DNA of 59,494 nucleotides, filler included. It is 8 parts of 8 records of this genome, joined end to end, with 100 filler letters (N's around TTAATTAATTAA, not from the genome) between each part and the next. Parts side by side here need not be neighbours in the genome. Positions count along the whole stretch, not along the records: positions 31,332 to 37,172 come from SRR31147125_14308; positions 37,273 to 42,639 come from SRR31147125_14327; positions 42,740 to 52,469 come from SRR31147125_14374; 5 more parts are not named here. The stretch is one strand, 5' to 3'. Under the pieces are notes generated by a model. It was not told the origin of the DNA. It saw only the letters and a list, made by a program, of their open reading frames with translations, and ran no database searches. The position numbers and the translations under genes are program-made. Shown in pieces: positions 32,183 through 43,963 of this stretch. Position 1 is the first letter of the stretch; each line of letters opens with the position of its first letter.

Positions 32183-33220
32183 ATGAATCTTAAATTTATT
32201 TTAATAATAGTAGTAGCGGCATTATTATACGCGAATATAACTACATTCTCACCTACTACCGGTCAGGCTAAGAAGAAGAAGAGTGCTGAGATTGTAATCG
32301 GTCTATCTCTTGATACCCTCAAGGAAGCCCGCTGGCAGAAAGACAGAGATATTTTTGTCAAAGAAGCTGAGAAAAAAGGCGCAACGGTTCTTGTTCAATC
32401 AGCCAACAGTGATGACACAACTCAGATCAAGGACATCAAATCACTTATCACCAATGGTGTAGACTGTATTGTTATTGTCCCTCATGATGCTGCAGCGATG
32501 GCAGAGGGTGTACGTCTGGCTAAAGAAGCAGGCATACCTGTTATCTCTTACGACCGCCTGATTACTGATGCTGACATTGACTACTATATCTCTTTTGATA
32601 ATGTCAAAGTAGGCGAAGCACAGGCAAAGTACCTCGTCAAAGCTATCGGCGGCAAAGGTAAGATTGTCCGCCTCTACGGTGCTCCAACAGACAATAACGC
32701 CAAGATGTTCAAACAGGGTCAGGACAACATCATCCAACCTCTGATTGACAAAGGCGATATCGAAGTTATTCATGAAGACTGGGTACAGGACTGGGATCCG
32801 GCCAATGCCAAGAAGATCATGAATGCAGCTCTGACCAAGAGCAAAGACTTTGTCGGCGCACTTGTATCAAATGACGGTACTGCAGGCGGAGCAATTCAGG
32901 CTCTCAAAGAAGCTGGACTCGACGGCAAAGTTGTAGTGACTGGTCAGGATGCTGATGAAGTAGCATGTCAGCGTATTGTCAACGGCACTCAGGCGATGAC
33001 TGTCTATAAACCAATCAAGAAGCTTGCCAGAAAAGCAGCTCAGCTTTCAGTAAAGCTCGCCAAGAAGAAGCCTTTCTCAGCAACCGGCACTATCAACAAT
33101 GGCAAAAAAGATGTACCTACTATCTATATCCCTGTAAAGTCAGTTGACAAGAAGAATATGGATAAAACTATTATCAAAGACAAATTCCATACCAAAGAAG
33201 CTGTCTACGGTAAGAAATAA
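32183..33220 (+). CDS. xylF: D-xylose-binding protein
   Basis: LKEARWQKDRD, YISFDNVKVG, GAPTDNNA, SNDGTAGG, TGQDA, MTVYKP. Confidence 0.9.
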   Translation: MNLKFILIIVVAALLYANITTFSPTTGQAKKKKSAEIVIGLSLDTLKEARWQKDRDIFVKEAEKKGATVLVQSANSDDTTQIKDIKSLITNGVDCIVIVPHDAAAMAEGVRLAKEAGIPVISYDRLITDADIDYYISFDNVKVGEAQAKYLVKAIGGKGKIVRLYGAPTDNNAKMFKQGQDNIIQPLIDKGDIEVIHEDWVQDWDPANAKKIMNAALTKSKDFVGALVSNDGTAGGAIQALKEAGLDGKVVVTGQDADEVACQRIVNGTQAMTVYKPIKKLARKAAQLSVKLAKKKPFSATGTINNGKKDVPTIYIPVKSVDKKNMDKTIIKDKFHTKEAVYGKK

Positions 33221-33254
33221 TTACTCACAACCCAAAAGAAACATAATAATCATG

Positions 33255-33290
33255 AAAGCTCTACCTCATAGTACGAGGTAGAGCTTTTTT
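33255..33290 (+). terminator. Rho-independent terminator
   Basis: AAAGCTCTACCTC...GAGGTAGAGC followed by TTTTTT. Confidence 0.85.
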
Positions 33291-33620
33291 ATATAAACCT
33301 GGGGCATATATCCCCAAAATAACTAAACAGCTATCGCTAACTCTCCACCTTCCAACCAGAAAGCATTATTTACGACGCTACCGGAAAAGTTTAAATACCT
33401 CTTATCCAACACTACTATTTATGTTATCTGTCATGTTTCCTAAGGATTTACCTCACCTTAGTCAAGCAAAGAAAGAACATCATCTCTATCCGCACGATGA
33501 TGAGTATAACCTGGAAACATTATTAAAGACGAATCTTCCGTCAAATATAGCTCATTGCAACACACAACCATCTAAAAACAATATAATGCACAATAAAAGA
33601 CAATATTCGAAATAAAATTC

Positions 33621-33649
33621 TTGACTAACCGAAACAAACAGCATACAAT
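33621..33649 (+). promoter_or_regulatory. Sigma70 promoter of lrp-azlCD
   Basis: TTGACT-17nt-TACAAT. Confidence 0.7.
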
Positions 33650-33699
33650 GCACACACACAGCAAGAAACATGAACATTATTTGCCTACAAAGGTTTTAT

Positions 33700-34176
33700 A
33701 TGAATTTTACACTTGATCAGCATGACAAAGCGATTCTCAAAGAACTCCAACAGGATAGTTCAATTTCAAACCTTGAACTATCCCGCAAAATCGGGCTTTC
33801 AGCTTCTGCCTGCCTCTCCAGAACAAAAAACCTGATTGAATCAGGTATTATCTCCCAGTTTACCATTATTGCTGATGAAAAGAAGCTCGGCATAGGGACG
33901 ATGGCTTTTGCCCTGATCAACCTCACGCCACTAAATCGTGAGACAATACATTCATTTCTTGAAAATGTTAAAAAGTTCCCGGAAGTACAGGAGTGCTATA
34001 CCTTGACTGGAAGCCACGATTTTCTACTCAAAATTGTTGCCAGAGATATGCCGAGTTATCGTGATTTTATGATCGACTCACTTATGCAGAATTCAACAAT
34101 CAGCAGAGTCGAGACAAGTATTGTGATGGAAATTGATAAGCGAAGTCTCAACACCCCACTTGATCTTGAGGAGTAA
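33700..34176 (+). CDS. Lrp/AsnC regulator
   Basis: LDQHDKAILKELQ, ELSRKIGLS, ECYTLTGSHDFLLK. Confidence 0.92.
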   Translation: MNFTLDQHDKAILKELQQDSSISNLELSRKIGLSASACLSRTKNLIESGIISQFTIIADEKKLGIGTMAFALINLTPLNRETIHSFLENVKKFPEVQECYTLTGSHDFLLKIVARDMPSYRDFMIDSLMQNSTISRVETSIVMEIDKRSLNTPLDLEE

Positions 34177-34182
34177 CATATT

Positions 34183-34964
34183 ATGTCTGCAAAAACACTG
34201 GCACTCAAAGCAGCATTCCCACATACCATACCTGTACTAACAGGCTTTACTATACTGGGCGCAGCATATGGTATATTAATGAACTCTAAAGGGTATGGAG
34301 TGGAATGGTCAGTATTCCTCAGCATATTTGCGCTGGCAGGTTCTGCCCAGTATGTGGCTATCGGTCTACTTACAACTGTATTTGATCCTATATATGCTCT
34401 ACTGCTTACAGTTATAATCAATGCCAGACATATTTTCTACGGTATTTCCATGCTGGAGAAATACAAAGATACAGGTAAGTTCAAGTATTACCTGATATAT
34501 GGCTTATGCGATGAGACCTTCTCTATTATTCATACCGCCGAGCCGCCAGCTAGAGTCGACAGAAATTTGTTCATGTTCTTTATTACTCTGTTAAATCACT
34601 CATACTGGGTTGGTGGAACCTTGCTCGGTGGGCTGGTTGGTGACTTTATACCGCTCAACACTCAAGGCATGGATTTTGCGCTGACTGCATTGTTTGTCGC
34701 AATATTTGTAAATCAATGGAAGAACAGGAAGCGACCTGCAGCAACAGTAGAGGACACAAGTACTATCTGTGAAGACATTGATGAAAAGGAAGAAGATGAA
34801 GTCTCAAATAAGACCCGTCGTCTGGTGTCACTGATCGGGATAGTTACTTCTATAGCCTGTCTGCTGATTTTTATCCGGAAAATTTTATTATCCCAGCTAT
34901 GATTGCAATTATTGCAGTGCTTACCTTACTGCAGAAAAAATTAGGAAAGGAAAAGTCGTGCTGA
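34183..34964 (+). CDS. azlC: AzlC branched-chain amino acid exporter (apparent frameshift at T5 34868-34872)
   Basis: AGSAQY, NARHIFYG, LCDETF, DFALTALF; adding one T restores YPENFIIPAM... overlapping azlD. Confidence 0.87.
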
Positions 34965-35287
34965 ACAATAGTGAATCACTCTTAGTCTGCCTTATGGTTA
35001 TAGCCAGTTCCCTGATAACAAGATTTTTACCTTTTATTCTATTTTCAAAGAAGAAAGATTCACCATATATCAATTACCTCGGCAGTCTCCTTCCTTACGC
35101 CTCAATAGGGCTGCTTGTTGTGTACTGCCTCAAAAATGTTGACTTGACCGCAAAACCATATGCACTCCCTGAATGTCTGGCTATTATCAGCATCATTGCT
35201 CTGCATTACTGGAAGGAGAATATCCTTCTAAGTATCGGGGCAGGAACAGCAGTCTATATGTTCTGCGTCCAATCGGCAATATTATAA
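34958..35287 (+). CDS. azlD: AzlD exporter subunit
   Basis: TRFLPF, LGSLLP, LSIGAGT. Confidence 0.88.
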   Translation: MLNNSESLLVCLMVIASSLITRFLPFILFSKKKDSPYINYLGSLLPYASIGLLVVYCLKNVDLTAKPYALPECLAIISIIALHYWKENILLSIGAGTAVYMFCVQSAIL

Positions 35288-35312
35288 TCATTGCAGTAAA
35301 CGTAAACGAATG

Positions 35313-35349
35313 AAAGGAGCAGTGCAGAACCATCTGTACTGCTCCTTTC
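35313..35349. terminator. Bidirectional terminator between azlD and galE
   Basis: AAAGGAGCAGTGCAGA...TCTGTACTGCTCCTTT inverted repeat. Confidence 0.7.
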
Positions 35350-35435
35350 TATATTACAACCATTGTCACTAAAAAATAAGAAGTGCAGAAAACCTGCACC
35401 CCTTACTAGATAAATCAATATTGGTAATATCTTCT

Positions 35436-36451
35436 CTACACTTCGTAGCCGTTAGGGTTGGTACTCTGCCAGCGCCATGAATCTTCACACATACGGTTGA
35501 TGTCATACTCTGCCTTCCAGCCAAGAGCCTTTTCAGCTTTTGAACAGTCTGCATAACACATAGGCACATCACCAGGGCGACGTGGCATCATCTTATAAGG
35601 GATGTCCTTACCACACGCCTTGCTGAAGGCAGTCACAACCTGAAGTACGCTACTGCCATTGCCAGTACCAAGGTTCCACTCAACACAACCGACTTTATCC
35701 TTGAGCAGCTTGTCTACAGACTTCACATGCCCTTTAGCCAGATCAACAACATGGATATAATCACGCACCCCTGTCCCGTCGACTGTATCATAATCGTCAC
35801 CAAAGATACCGAGCTGTTCAAGTCTGCCGACAGCAACCTGAGTAATATACGGCATAAGGTTATTCGGTATACCGTTAGGATCTTCGCCAATTCTGCCAGA
35901 GATATGCGCTCCGACAGGATTGAAATAACGAAGTATCGCTATATTCAGGCTCTCGTCTGCTGCGGCTATGTCTCTGAGGATGAATTCGATAAAGAGCTTG
36001 GTTCTGCCATAAGGGTTGGTTGCTGAAAGCGGGAAATCTTCAAAGATCGGCACACTCGCAGGGTCGCCATAGACTGTAGCAGAAGAACTGAAGACAAGGT
36101 TGGAGCACTCATATTTACGCATAACCTTGACAAGGTTGAGAGTGCTCTCAATATTATTCTCATAATACTCAAGAGGCTTCTGGGTAGACTCACCTACCGC
36201 CTTATAACCAGCAAAGTGGATAACTGCTTCAATCTTATTCTCTGCAAAGACTCCGTCAAGTGCAGCGATATCCAGCATATCTATATTATAAAACTTATGA
36301 TCTTTTCCAGATAACTCTTTTACTCTGACCAGCGCCTCTTCCTTACTATTATAGAGATTATCCACTATAACAATATCATAGCCAGCTTCCTGCAGTTCAA
36401 TAACTGTATGCGAACCGATATATCCAGCACCACCTGTAACCAGAATACTCA
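35436..36451 (-). CDS. galE: UDP-glucose 4-epimerase
   Basis: LVTGGAGYIGSHT, FSSSATVYG, PYGRTK, LRYFNPVGAH, GVRDYIHV. Confidence 0.97.
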
Positions 36452-36593
36452 TACTCTTTCCTTTACACAAAAATGACATTAAAATATTCTTTATGAAAAA
36501 GTATCATACCTCTTTCAAAGCAAAAGAGCAAGATAATTCTACGGAATTTCCTGCACTTTATAAAATTTACTGCAATTTCTGTAAATCAGGCAA

Positions 36594-37172
36594 CTAGCCA
36601 ATCAAATCTGCTATCTTTTCTGCATCAAGCTCTGTCAGCTCATCAATAACCAGATCTGAGAATTCCTGCATAGCAGCTCTATCGACTGTACCGGTAATAC
36701 CAATTGCCTTCATACCAGCTCTTTTGGCAGCCTCGAGACCATGTAAACTGTCCTCTATAACTGCGCATTTCTCTGCCGGAACACCAAGACGCTCTGCAGC
36801 AAGAAGAAATACCTGCGGGTTTGGTTTGCCTTCATCAACATCCTCTTCACTGACAAAAGTTTTGAATAATTCCCCATGCGGCAGCAGTTCTATCAGTAGC
36901 TGAATATTCTTCCTCTGAGCAGAAGAACCGATAGCTGTTCTCACCCCGTTATCGTCAAGGTTTTTGACCAGCTGCGATGCTCCTTTATGCTCTGGAAAAT
37001 CTGCTCTAACCAAATCCCTGTAGGCTTTTTCCTTCTCAAGATACCACTCCTTCATGCCCTCAGGGGTAAGCTCTACATTCTGCTCTTCAGAAAGTTGAGT
37101 AGCAAATGACTCAAATACCTGTCCGAAATGATTACCAAATGACTCACGGGTAATTGTCAGTCCAAGTTTTTT
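36594..37172 (-). CDS. HAD-superfamily phosphatase (5' truncated)
   Basis: GKPNPQVF, IEDSLHGLEAAKRAGM. Confidence 0.88.
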   Translation of the reverse strand, partial: KKLGLTITRESFGNHFGQVFESFATQLSEEQNVELTPEGMKEWYLEKEKAYRDLVRADFPEHKGASQLVKNLDDNGVRTAIGSSAQRKNIQLLIELLPHGELFKTFVSEEDVDEGKPNPQVFLLAAERLGVPAEKCAVIEDSLHGLEAAKRAGMKAIGITGTVDRAAMQEFSDLVIDELTELDAEKIADLIG

Positions 37173-37272
37173 NNNNNNNNNNNNNNNNNNNNNNNNNNNN
37201 NNNNNNNNNNNNNNNNTTAATTAATTAANNNNNNNNNNNNNNNNNNNNNNNNNNNNNNNNNNNNNNNNNNNN

Positions 37273-37296
37273 GTGTGTGTGTGTGTGTGTGTGTGT
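37273..37296. repeat. (GT)n microsatellite at the contig start
   Basis: Twelve GT units seen directly. Confidence 0.95.
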
Positions 37297-37460
37297 ATGT
37301 CCATTGGTTATTGAACGTGTTAACGATGACGTGCGTTCCCCACGTTCCAGAGTCAACAGGCCCAGGACACCCACCAAGACACAAGTGAGGCGGACGCACT
37401 TGCAGTTTGTAGTTCCTCGTACGTGTTCCTGCCCTAGACGTGGCATCAGTTGACCGGACG

Positions 37461-40400
37461 ATGTCTGATCCACTTCATTCCGATAGGTCTACCCACTCCC
37501 CGACTCTTCTGTTGGCTTGGGGGACTAATGATATGGGACAACTGGGGCTAGGAGTTAACGGTGGGTGGCTGGCTGGCTGTGACATTGTGGTGTCCCCTTA
37601 CGATCGGGGGAGAAGGACCGGATTCTCTTGTGCCGACGCAAGTACTGGTGCCACAACATGTGAATGCTGTATCTCTGGCGTCGGGTACCATACATGCGGC
37701 GTTGTGCACGGTGCGACACGTGTATGAAGTGTTGGATGATGATGATGATTCAACGTGAGAAACATAGGAATCTGGAGACGTCTATACGACGGGATGTCAA
37801 GAGGATGGTAGATTGGGCGAGGATGTTCTCACAGAGCAACCGTACGCTGTGTACTCTTTCGTCTTGGCTTCTTCTTGGCTGATGTGGATGGATCATCGTC
37901 AAGGGGTCATTTTTCGATTGTCTCGTCCTTGCAAGCATATCGAATCATACAAGTAGCTTGTGGAGAGGCACACACGGCTGCACTAACACGTACGGGTGGG
38001 GTGAGAGGTGGTTGGTTGCACACACCAACTCTTGCCTTCAAAGATAATGGTGTGGTGATGACATGGGGCCGAGGAGACATGGGACAGTTGGGACACGGGG
38101 AAGAATTCGTTCAACTACGACACCCGCGTGTGCTCAGAGCATTGAAGGTGCAGCCTCTCAAAACCTGTCCTGGGTTGAATTCTGTTCTCTGTTCTACAGG
38201 GACAATCTGCCGTACAGATTGCGTGTGGTGCCCATCACATGTTTGCACTGACAATGGCGGGAAAGGTTTATCCGTCAGTACTTGAAACGAGCCTCTTTTC
38301 TGAAATTGAGGTCTGTGTGCGTAGGTGTATGCATGGGGACAGAACACTTGGGGCCAGTTAGGTGTGGGGACGGCAACAAATGCTGTGTTTCAGCCTGCTC
38401 AGGTGCGTGATTGCTTTTTTCTTTTTCTGGATGGTGCAAATTCTGTGACAGGTTATATCCTTATTCGCCAAGCCTGTCGTAATGGTAGCGTGTGGAGAAG
38501 CGCACAGTCTGTTCTTGACTGGTGTGGATTTCGAATTATGGCGAGGAAGGAAGGTTGTGTGTGACGCCGTTCTTGGGTGATTCAGCGGAAGGAGCCGTCT
38601 ATGCCACGGGGCGTAACAAGGACGGGCAGTTGGGGGCAATTGATGTGACAGATCGTGCTGTGCCGCATCCTGTACAGGTGTGCCTTCTCAAATGAGGTGC
38701 GCACCTTGAGCGATTGATCTCGTAACCCAGGGCTTGGACGGCGTTCGCGTGGCGTATGTCACTGGGGGTGGGGACTCCTCGGCCGCTCTCTCGTGTACGC
38801 CTTGACAATCGTAACGCATGTGTCCCATCCTCACGACCTCGGTGCAGGCGCTCACGAGCTCTACACGTGGGGATGCAATAACTTTGGCCAACTGGGGCAT
38901 GGTACGGAAGATCACTTGCGCGATCTGTCCTTGACTTCGAATCACTTAGGGAGCAAAGTTCGTGTCCTTCTTCCTCGTCTGGTGGCTTTCTTTGAGGGCA
39001 AGAAGGTTGAGTTGGTAGCCATGGCAACCCATCACAGTGCTGCAGTTGTCGGTTGGTTGTCTGGATATCTTTCCCGGGGTTCACCTCCTCATTCCGCCCC
39101 TAGAAAATCACTTGTTGTACATGTGGGGGGCTGGAGCCAGTGGGTGTCTTGGAATTGGAACAGAAGATGTAGGAGAAGGCGCACACCTCTTGCCCGCTTA
39201 CTTGGTGTCCACAGGATCACGACACACCCATTCTTGTGCCATCCCTAACGGGTATGCCGATTACCCTTTTGTCTTGCGGGTTATACTTCAATCTGGCAGT
39301 GGTGGCGGTACGTGTCCATCCACGTGTGTCTTCTGTTCCTGAGTCATTTTCTTCGGCAGAACACGGATTCTGCTGAGAGTGCATCCTCTTCTAAACAACA
39401 AATGACAACGGTTCTGGACGCTTCGGTTGGTTGACGCCTTTGGTGTTTTTTCCCTATCCTGAGTAGTGTTGTAATTCATTTCAACTCACCTAGCGGGTGT
39501 TGCGGCCACTGGAGAGGGGGGATACGGATCAGGTCATTCGAATGCTTACGGCCGCGTTTTCCTATCCAGGGCCTCTCAACGGAAGCTTTCTGAAGGTGAA
39601 ACGTTGTTTGCCTTTTGTTTTGGTGTCTCATGGTTGTTCTAGCGGGGAGTGGGGGGCATGAGTTCACCGGATCGTTTTGGTTTGTTTGCTTCTAATGTTG
39701 TTTTCCTTGTCTTGACCCATCTTGCGTGCTGTGTAGGTGTGGATCTTCTTGAAGTCCGACAAGTAATGGACGCCATTGAGACCCTTGTGTGTTACGTCAC
39801 CTTCACTGCCAGGTTGGATGCTCACTGTGTGCTCCAGGGCAACGAAAGCGTTAATCACGCTCTCCTTTCCGCCTCCAATCGCCTTCTGGGTCTCTTACAG
39901 GCCAAAACATCCCTTCTTGACACCCCTACAACCTTGAATCAGATCCTAATTCTCATGGAGGTTCGCAGAGAAGGAGAGAGGAAGTTGTGTCGCCTGATGG
40001 GGGGTGTCTTAGCTTCCGGGATTCTCCCATGAAGAAATTTTTGAAAAGGTTTGTCGCATAATCGAGCGTCTTCCACATACATCCAGGCAAGTTCTTGTCA
40101 CGTGGTGGTCCAAGTGCGTTGAACCCAGTAGTACCTTCTGGTTGTGTAACCTTCTCACTTCTAGATATCCCTCGGAGTTTTTTGCACGACTTGTGCGAGT
40201 GTTAAATGCCTTTGTGTCGCAGGTGGGAGGACCCACCCATCTCAATCCCCCTTTAGGTCACTCACGTGCTTGCCAGCGCTTGAGACAGTTGTCCGTGGTG
40301 GATGGTTGCATTGCCTCGGTAACCATGACGCTTGACCTGCTCTGTATCCAGCCCTTGTTCCTTTCTTTGTCTCTGCTTCGATTCCTTGACATTCCCTCCC

Positions 40401-42527
40401 CACCACGCAGGCACGGCAAATGATCGTGCAAGCATCATTCCGTACGTCATCCTACTGGCCCCTCTGTATTGGCTCACGTTCCCCCTTTTAGGTACGAAAT
40501 GTTCTACAATACCAATATCAGCGAGAAGGTGGACCTGATTAATGACTATCAACTGTGGAAGAACAGGAGGTATGTTTTGTGCTTGGCGAGGAAAGTGCCT
40601 GAGTGGGATGGAACCCTATCAGTGGATTCTCCTTTTGTAAGTATCCGTTCATGCTGGACGCCAATGCAAAGTCTCGAATTCTTCATATCGACGCTGCCTT
40701 CCAGATGGAACACGAAGCCGAGGTAGGGATATGCCGGTGTACCGGATTCTGTTGTCTCACATCATCCCTCATACACAGCGGAGTTTCATTGAGACGATTT
40801 TTTCCAACCGCCCTGTATGTGTGTATGCTATCGTCCCTTTTCCTCACATTCACCCGTCTAGGCATCCTCATTTGTTGTCCTCAACGTTCGCCGTACCCAC
40901 CTGATTGAGGATACATTTCGCGAGGTAAAGAGAGGACAAACAATCCATTCCAGAACCAACACACTGTGTTCAGCTCACAAGCCATTCCCTCCAAGAACTC
41001 AAGAAACCATTGCGGGTTGTGTTTGTTGGAGAAGAGGGCGTGGACGAAGGTGGAGTGCGGAAAGAGTATTTCCAGCTTATTGTGCGCGAGCTGTTCGACC
41101 TTGACTACGGTGTGTCTGTATACTCTTGTGCGTTGCACCGCCAACCACCCCACCACAACCAGGAATGTTCATCTACGACAACGATTCACGGTACTACTGG
41201 TTCAATGGGGACTCCTTGGAGACTGACCAGGAGTATCAAGTGATCGGAATGGTTTGTTCTTCGCGCGCGACGTTGCATACGAGTAGGCGTTCATTGTGTG
41301 GGTGAGGTAGATTATGGGTCTTGCTATCTACAACGCCATCATTCTTGATGTTCACTTGCCATTGGTAACGTATCGAAAGATCAAAAAGTTACGTCCCACG
41401 CTGACTGATTTGAAAGAGTTGAATCCTGTACGTTTCCTGAGACTCCTTCTTGTGTATTGACATCACTGACATCGTCTGCGCCTCACAGGCGTTGGGTAAG
41501 GGGCTTCAACAGCTTCTTGACTTTGAAGGAGACGTGGAAAGTGTCTTTTGTCGAAGCTTCCAGGTACGACACTTCCTTCATCAGATGGATGGTTCACATC
41601 CCTTGTAGGTTTCCTTTGAGAGCTTCGGACAAGTGAAGACCATTGATCTGAAACCAGGAGGGTCTGAGATTCCCGTGACGAATGACAACCGGAAAGGTAG
41701 TCGTGTTTCGTTGGATTCCCTTGTATGACACAACGATACACAGAGTATGTGGACCTGTACGTTTCGTTTCTCCTAGACACCTGGGTGAAGACACAGTTCA
41801 ATGCCTTTACACGCGGATTTCTTGCGGTTGCGGGTAGTGAGCTTCTCGAGGTGTGCATGCGCAGAGACGTGCGCCCATCAGGTAGGACTGACAGACAGAA
41901 CTTCCTTGATGAAGGACATGTTCCGCCCTGAAGAACTGGAGCGTCTAATTTGTGGGAGCGAGGAACTGGATTTCGAGGTTGTCTATCCCATCCCGTCACA
42001 GGATCATTAACTGGCGGCATTTTCAGGCATGGGAACGTGGTGCGCGCTATGAAGGAGGTTTTACAAAGGATCATTCCACTATACGGTTCGTAAGCAAACC
42101 ACCTTTCCTGGATCATTCACATCGTGTGCTCAGATCCTTCTGGAATGTTGTTCATGGCATGAAGCCTGACGAAAGAAGTCTTCTATTAGCCGTAGGACTA
42201 ACCGGTTTCCTGCATTCGATTCCATCTTGATTGCACTCATCGTACCCTCTCTTTTCAGTTCATCACAGGCAGTGCTCGTGCTCCGATCAAAGGCCTTGAA
42301 GGAGTCCCCCTCCTGATCCTTCGGAATGGAGGCGACACAGTTGCGTTCCCTTCCCTCATCAAAGTCCCTTTTGACGTGTATTGTTTGCTTGTCGTCTTAA
42401 GGAGCGGCTTCCTACAGCACACACGTGCTTCAACGTACTTTTGTTACCTGATTACTCTTCTGAGGAGAAGATGCGCCAGAAGCTCAAGTGTGCGATCGGT
42501 AACGCGGAGGGCTTTGGACTGCAATGA
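37461..42527 (+). CDS. Eukaryotic HERC-type E3 ubiquitin ligase (RCC1 repeats + HECT), 38 exons, ~1018 aa
   Basis: Removing 37 GT-AG introns (2010 nt) by hand leaves a 3057-nt open frame: [31 protein letters not shown] ... [61 protein letters not shown] (catalytic Cys), EGFGLQ*. Confidence 0.92.
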
Positions 42528-42590
42528 ATCCTCGTGATGATCGATCATGATAACGACGTTGGTTCTTTGTGTGAGCGATTCTTCCATCAT

Positions 42591-42621
42591 TCCGCCACTC
42601 CGCCACTCCGCCACTCCACCA
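42591..42621. repeat. Short tandem repeat (TCCGCCAC)x~4
   Basis: Seen directly, downstream of the HERC stop codon. Confidence 0.8.
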
Positions 42622-42739
42622 TGGAGGATGCGCGTGAGGNNNNNNNNNNNNNNNNNNNNNNNNNNNNNNNNNNNNNNNNNNNNTTAATTAATTAANNNNN
42701 NNNNNNNNNNNNNNNNNNNNNNNNNNNNNNNNNNNNNNN

Positions 42740-43963
42740 GGAGATGAGGTACCATTTGCTGAAAAAACCGCAGGTGGGTGGTACACCGATCACCGAAAGG
42801 GCTGCCAGCGTAAAGCCTGCCATGGTAAACGGCATTTTGGCAAAAAGGCCTTTGAGGCTGTTTCGGGATTCATCACCTGTTTTCCAGAGGAAGATACCGG
42901 CTGCCATGAAAAGCGCCAGTGTCATGGCGGCATCATTGACAATGTGTAAAATCGCACCGGAAATTCCTAGGCGGTTGCCAAGGAAAAAGCCTCCCACCAT
43001 ATACCCCACCTCTGCGATGATGATGTAGGTGAACATCCGTTTGTACTCTTTTTGAGCCAAAGCAGAAAGAGAGCCGAAAATAATGGAGGCAATGGCAATG
43101 CCCACCAGAAGGTCTGTGGGATTAATCTCACCAAAGGTGTATTTGGGTGTGAAGACCGTCATACAGATTCGCACCATTATATATATGGTCACCTTTGTGG
43201 TGAGGGGTGCAATCAACCCGGCAGACACCGTCGTGGATTCGGAATACGCACTGGGAAGCCATCCATGTACCGGGAAAATGGCCATTTTAACCAACAGCCC
43301 GGTGAGGCAGATGATAAATGCAAAAAGGATGGTGGATGAGTCCATCATTCCCGGAATGATGGTGGCCAGATCCGCCATGTTCAACGAGCCGGTGGCGATG
43401 TAGAGATATCCCACGCCCAAAAGATAAAAGGTGGCGCCGATGGTTCCCAAAAAGAGGTAATTGAGGGTAGCCAATGGTGCTCGGCTGCTTCCAAGTCCGA
43501 TCAGCGCGTATCCGGCAAGGGAAGCGATTTCAAGAAGTACGTAGAGGTTAAACGCATCTCCGGTGGCTGTCATACCGATCAAACCTGCGGTGAACAATAC
43601 ATAAAGGGAGTTGAATGCACCCTCTTTGTTTCGATATTCCGCCTCCACAGCTTGCTTGTTTGAAATGAGATTGACAAACGCCACAGCCGTGATGACAACC
43701 AGTACCAATGCGCTCAAATGATCGATGACATACACAATCCCCATGGGGCCCGGCCACCCTGCCATCCGATACTCCACTGAAACGCCAGTGCTCAAGACAT
43801 GAACCAGCAGCAGCAGGGATGAGATAAATGAAATAAACAGTGCCGCCACTGAAATCCAGTACGGAGCCTTTCGATTGATCCACCCAGCCCCGGCAGCAAA
43901 GAGTGAGGCAAGCAGCGGTACAACGATCACAAGTGCAGGAAGATGAGAGGTCATATTATCCAT
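42740..43963 (-). CDS. mrpD: Mrp Na+/H+ antiporter subunit D (3' truncated)
   Basis: TGDAFNLYVLLEI, KMAIFPVHGWLP, GVPPTCGFFSKW. Confidence 0.9.

Noticed and set aside
33421-33615. 64-aa ORF before lrp
   Set aside because: No RBS or motif; lies in an AT-rich promoter region.
37273-42639. Many short ORFs suggesting an alternative genetic code, a virus, or a eukaryote-to-bacterium gene transfer
   Set aside because: Standard code plus GT-AG splicing gives one continuous protein, and the contig is bounded by linkers with no bacterial genes.
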